From: Heptranchias perlo
Lineage: Eukaryota
Length of the DNA stretch: 64,000 nt
NCBI RefSeq assembly: GCF_035084215.1
Contig: NC_090356.1
Location: forward strand, 20,708,001 to 20,772,000
Reading direction: 5' to 3'
Positions within the stretch are counted from its first letter, which is position 1. Each line of letters opens with the position of its first letter. Made by a program: the position numbers and the translations under genes. The notes below the pieces were generated by a model. That model saw only the letters and a list, made by a program, of their open reading frames with translations. It was not told where the DNA came from and did not search any database. Shown piece after piece: positions 60,379 to 64,000 of this stretch.

Positions 60379-61089
60379 GGGCACTAGCCAACTGGAATAC
60401 TTATCCCTTTAAGAGACTTTTAGTCACAATCACATGATCTTAAAGGAGTCCTTTCACTACGACACAAGGGTAATGTCAGTAGCCGCCCTCTTCATTTTTT
60501 GACTGCTTGTTAGGTTAGGACCCACTGAGATCTAATGTCACATCACCAGCCGACTAGTCCACCAGTCCAGAATGGAGGAGGTTATCAAGTGCCAAACGTC
60601 TCAAAATGAGAAGTGATCTACTGCCCTTCTTTTGTTATCGTTCACACATCATATGTAAATACACATTCTTCCCTCCTCCCTATATTTTCAGTATTGAAAT
60701 CAAGATCCATTGCAGTCTATTGTTACATTTGATTCTTTCCCAGGATCTCAGAACTGTGGAACTCTCTCCCTCCCTCCTACAAGATAAAGGTAACAAAAAC
60801 AGAAGTGGTCACCTCAGCTGCCTGCTCCATTCCAACAGGACTGGCAATTGTAAGTTAGCACCTCTTTGACTGGTAAATGCAAGTCCAGCTATTTGTCTCA
60901 ATGTAACATGTGCCCCAGTTTGACAGAAAGTGAGATTACTTACCTTATAGTGCCTTCCTCATTCTTCAAATGAAGATGTTTCAGACGCTGCAAGACATAC
61001 CCTCGGTTTGTTTTTCAATTGAATGAGCACGAATGTAAAATTCTCTACCTCGGATCTTCCTTTTTTTAAAAAAAATCCTCATCCAAATT

Positions 61090-62708
61090 CCAATTCTCCC
61101 TGGATACAGGCGTGGTGCCGGAGCATTGGAGGACTGCTGACGTTGTACTGTTGTTTAAAAAGGGAGAGAGAGGTAGACTGAGTAATTATAGGCCAGTCAG
61201 TCTAACCTCAGTGGTGGGCAAATTATTGGAATCAATTCTGAGGGACAGGATAAACCGTCACGTAGAAAGGCATGGAGTAATCAAGGACAGTCAGCATGGA
61301 TTTGTTAAGGAAAGGTTGTGTCCCACTAACTTGATTGAATTTTTTGAGGTGGTAACAAGGAGGGTCAATGAGGGGAATGCGTTTGATGCAGTCTACATGG
61401 ATGTTAAGCAAGGCTTTTGACAAGGTTCCACATGGCAGATTGGTCAAAAAAGTACAAGTTCATGGGATCCAGGGGAAAGTGGCAAGTTGGAATCAAAATT
61501 GGCTCGGTGGCAGGAAGCAAAGGGTAATGGTCGACGGGTGTTTTTGTGACTGGAAGGCTGATTCCAGTGGGGTTCTACAGGGCTCAGTACTAGGTCCCTT
61601 GCTTTTTGTGGTATATATTAGTGATTTAGACTTAAATGTCGAAGGCATGATTAAGAAGTTTGCAGATGATACAAAAATTGGCTGTGTGGTTTATAGTGAG
61701 GAGGAAAACTGTAGACTGCAAGAAAATATCAATGGACTGGTCAGGTGGGCAGAAAAGTGGCAAATGGAATTCAATCTGGAGAAATGTGAGGTGATGCATC
61801 TGGGGAGGGCAAACAAGGCAAGGGAATACACAATAAATGGGAGGATACTGAGAGGTGTAGAGGACATGAGGGACCTTGGAGTGTATGTCCACAGTTCCCT
61901 GAAGGTAGCAGGACAGGTAGATAAGGTGGTTAAAAAGGCATATGGGATACTTTCCTTTATTAGCCGAGGCATAGGATATAAGAGCAAGGAGGTTATGCCA
62001 GAACTGTATAAAACACTAGTTAGGCCACAGCTAGAGTATTGCGTACAGTTCTGGTCACCACATTACAGGAAGGATGTAATTGCACTAGAGAGAGGGTACA
62101 AATGAGACTTACGAGGATGTTGCCAGGACGGGACAATTTTAGCTATGAGGAAAGATTGGATAGGCTGGGGCTGTTTCTTTGGAACAGAGGAGGCTGGGGT
62201 GAAAAAATTGAGGTGTGCAAAATTATGAAGGGCCTAGATAGAGTGAATAGGAAGGACCTATATCCCTTAACAGAAAGGTCAATAACCAGGGGCATAGATT
62301 TAAAGTGATTGGTAGAAGGATTAGAGGGGAGCTGAGGAAAAGATTTTTTCACCCAGAGGGTTGTAGGGGTCTGGAACTCATTGCCTGAAATGGTGGTAGA
62401 GGCAGAGACCCTCATATCACATTTAAAAAGTACTTGGATGTGCACTTGAATTGTCATAATCTACAAGGCTACGGACCAAGTGCTGGAAAAGTGGGATTAG
62501 GCTGGGTGGCTCATTTTCGGCCGGCGCGGACACAATGGGCCGAATGGCGTTTGTGCCGTAAATTTTCCATGATTCTATCAAGGGATATGGGCATCGGGCA
62601 GGAAAGTGGAGTTGAGGTCGAAGATCAGCCATGATCTGAGTGAATGGCGGAGCAGGCTCGAGGGACCGTATGGCCTACTCCTGCTGTTTCTTATGTTCTA
62701 TGATTCTA
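61090..62708 (+). mobile_element. CR1 LINE RT fragment with 3' UTR plus a second short CR1 tail
   Basis: ORFs 61112..61420 and 61368..62105 (KFADDTK, LVRPQLEYCVQFW). Confidence 0.92.
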
Positions 62709-63444
62709 AATTATCATCTCCATGCGGTAAATCTCCAATCTGGAGGTTGGCTGCTTTAATGGCAAATATCCTTGATTCATGCTCTCCGTTAAAGTTTAGT
62801 ATGGGTAAACGCACAGTCTGTTTCCAAAGTCCTCCTACAATGGATGACGTTGACTTTTCTGGAAGGTTCTTTCACTATGCATTCCAACTGCCCACAGATC
62901 GTTTACTTCCCCCTCCTAATGGTTTGAAACTAAGTTTTCATTCTCTTAGTGATGCTGTTGATCAAGACTTTGAGACAGTATTGACTGCTAGCATAACCAT
63001 TTTATGGCCTCCACCACATATTACAGGCGATGGACAATGAGATACAATGCTTTGCCTTGCCTATGACTCACCGCACGATGAAACACTGATCTTGTCTGTA
63101 CTATCAGGAAGATGTAGCACAGAGGCCAGGTATTTGCCACATACAAGGCAGGAAGGAGTAGTAGAGAGAGAAAAGCAGGTAGACCCTGCACTCAGAATGA
63201 TACACCTTAAAGCAGCTGGCTAGATCAATGGTGACAGAAGCCCACCTACTCTTTCAGCCTGAAAAAAGGAGAAATTAAATACTTTCAAAGCATTAAGAGT
63301 GATTTTAGAAGAGTACAGTAGCTGTTTGATGTGGGCAGCTTACATTATACCAGTTCCCTTACAATATTGAGTGCAGTACTTAGCTCAGAAAAGCTTATTT
63401 ATAGCAAGGGTGGGGCACAGAACTTGGAATTACAAGATATAGTG

Positions 63445-63790
63445 CATTACAACAACAACTTACACTTATATAGCATCTTTAACATATAAAGAACATCCCA
63501 ATGCACTTCATAGATGTGTGAGGAAAACAGATGCTGAGCCAAAGGAGAGAGATTAGAAGGGGTGACCAAAAGCTTGGTCAAAGTAGTGGATTTTAAGAAG
63601 GATCTCAGAGTGAAAGGGGATGGAGAGGCATAGAGTGGGAATTCCAGAGCATTGGACCTAGGTGACTGAAGGCAAAAGGGAGAAAATGCACAAGAGGCTG
63701 GAGTCAGAGGAACAGAGAATATGTTGGGTGGGGTGGTGGGTTTAGAGCTGGAGAAGGTTATAGAGAGGGGCGAGGCCATGGAGGGCTGAA
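63445..63790 (-). mobile_element. Old L2 LINE 3' end
   Basis: (CAA)n tail, gtgaccaaaagcttggtcaaa. Confidence 0.75.
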
Positions 63791-64000
63791 ACTATAATTT
63801 CGGTTGAATTAATGTGATATGGCGTGCATATAAAGTATAAATTCAGAACATAACTGAAGTAGCTGTACTCAATTCAGAGGTAGTCTGTCATTAAGATGAA
63901 AAATGCTTTGTTGAGCAGTTGGATGCAGAAATGCTATTTCAGGGATCGGAGGGGGTCACTGAGTCTCTCTGCTGCTAGATAGGAATAAGTTGTTAAGTGT

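Noticed and set aside
48400-64000. VPS13D 3' exons expected from tetrapod synteny
   Set aside because: No recognisable VPS13D-like peptide found; probably beyond the window

Overview
Vertebrate genomic DNA, most likely a cartilaginous fish (inferred from the SacSINE1/DeuSINE-type SINEs and shark-type CR1, L2 and Penelope repeats). Two intact, divergently transcribed spliced genes can be rebuilt by hand with GT-AG junctions and consistent phases. The first is an AADACL3/4-type arylacetamide deacetylase-like esterase on the minus strand (4 exons, 16625->5533, 416 aa). The second is DHRS3, retinaldehyde reductase, on the plus strand (6 exons, 28991->47766, 302 aa). The rest is repeats: CR1 and L2 LINE fragments (some nested), two SINE families, a decayed PIF/Harbinger transposon, Penelope-like termini with hammerhead-like cores, mini/microsatellites and four assembly gaps. 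The most notable non-coding signal is retinoic-acid response architecture. Three perfect DR5 elements lie in DHRS3 introns and a perfect DR1 lies upstream. SINE copies also gain perfect DR2 elements, apparently by CpG deamination, paralleling primate Alu DR2s. Repeat boundaries are approximate and no database search was run.
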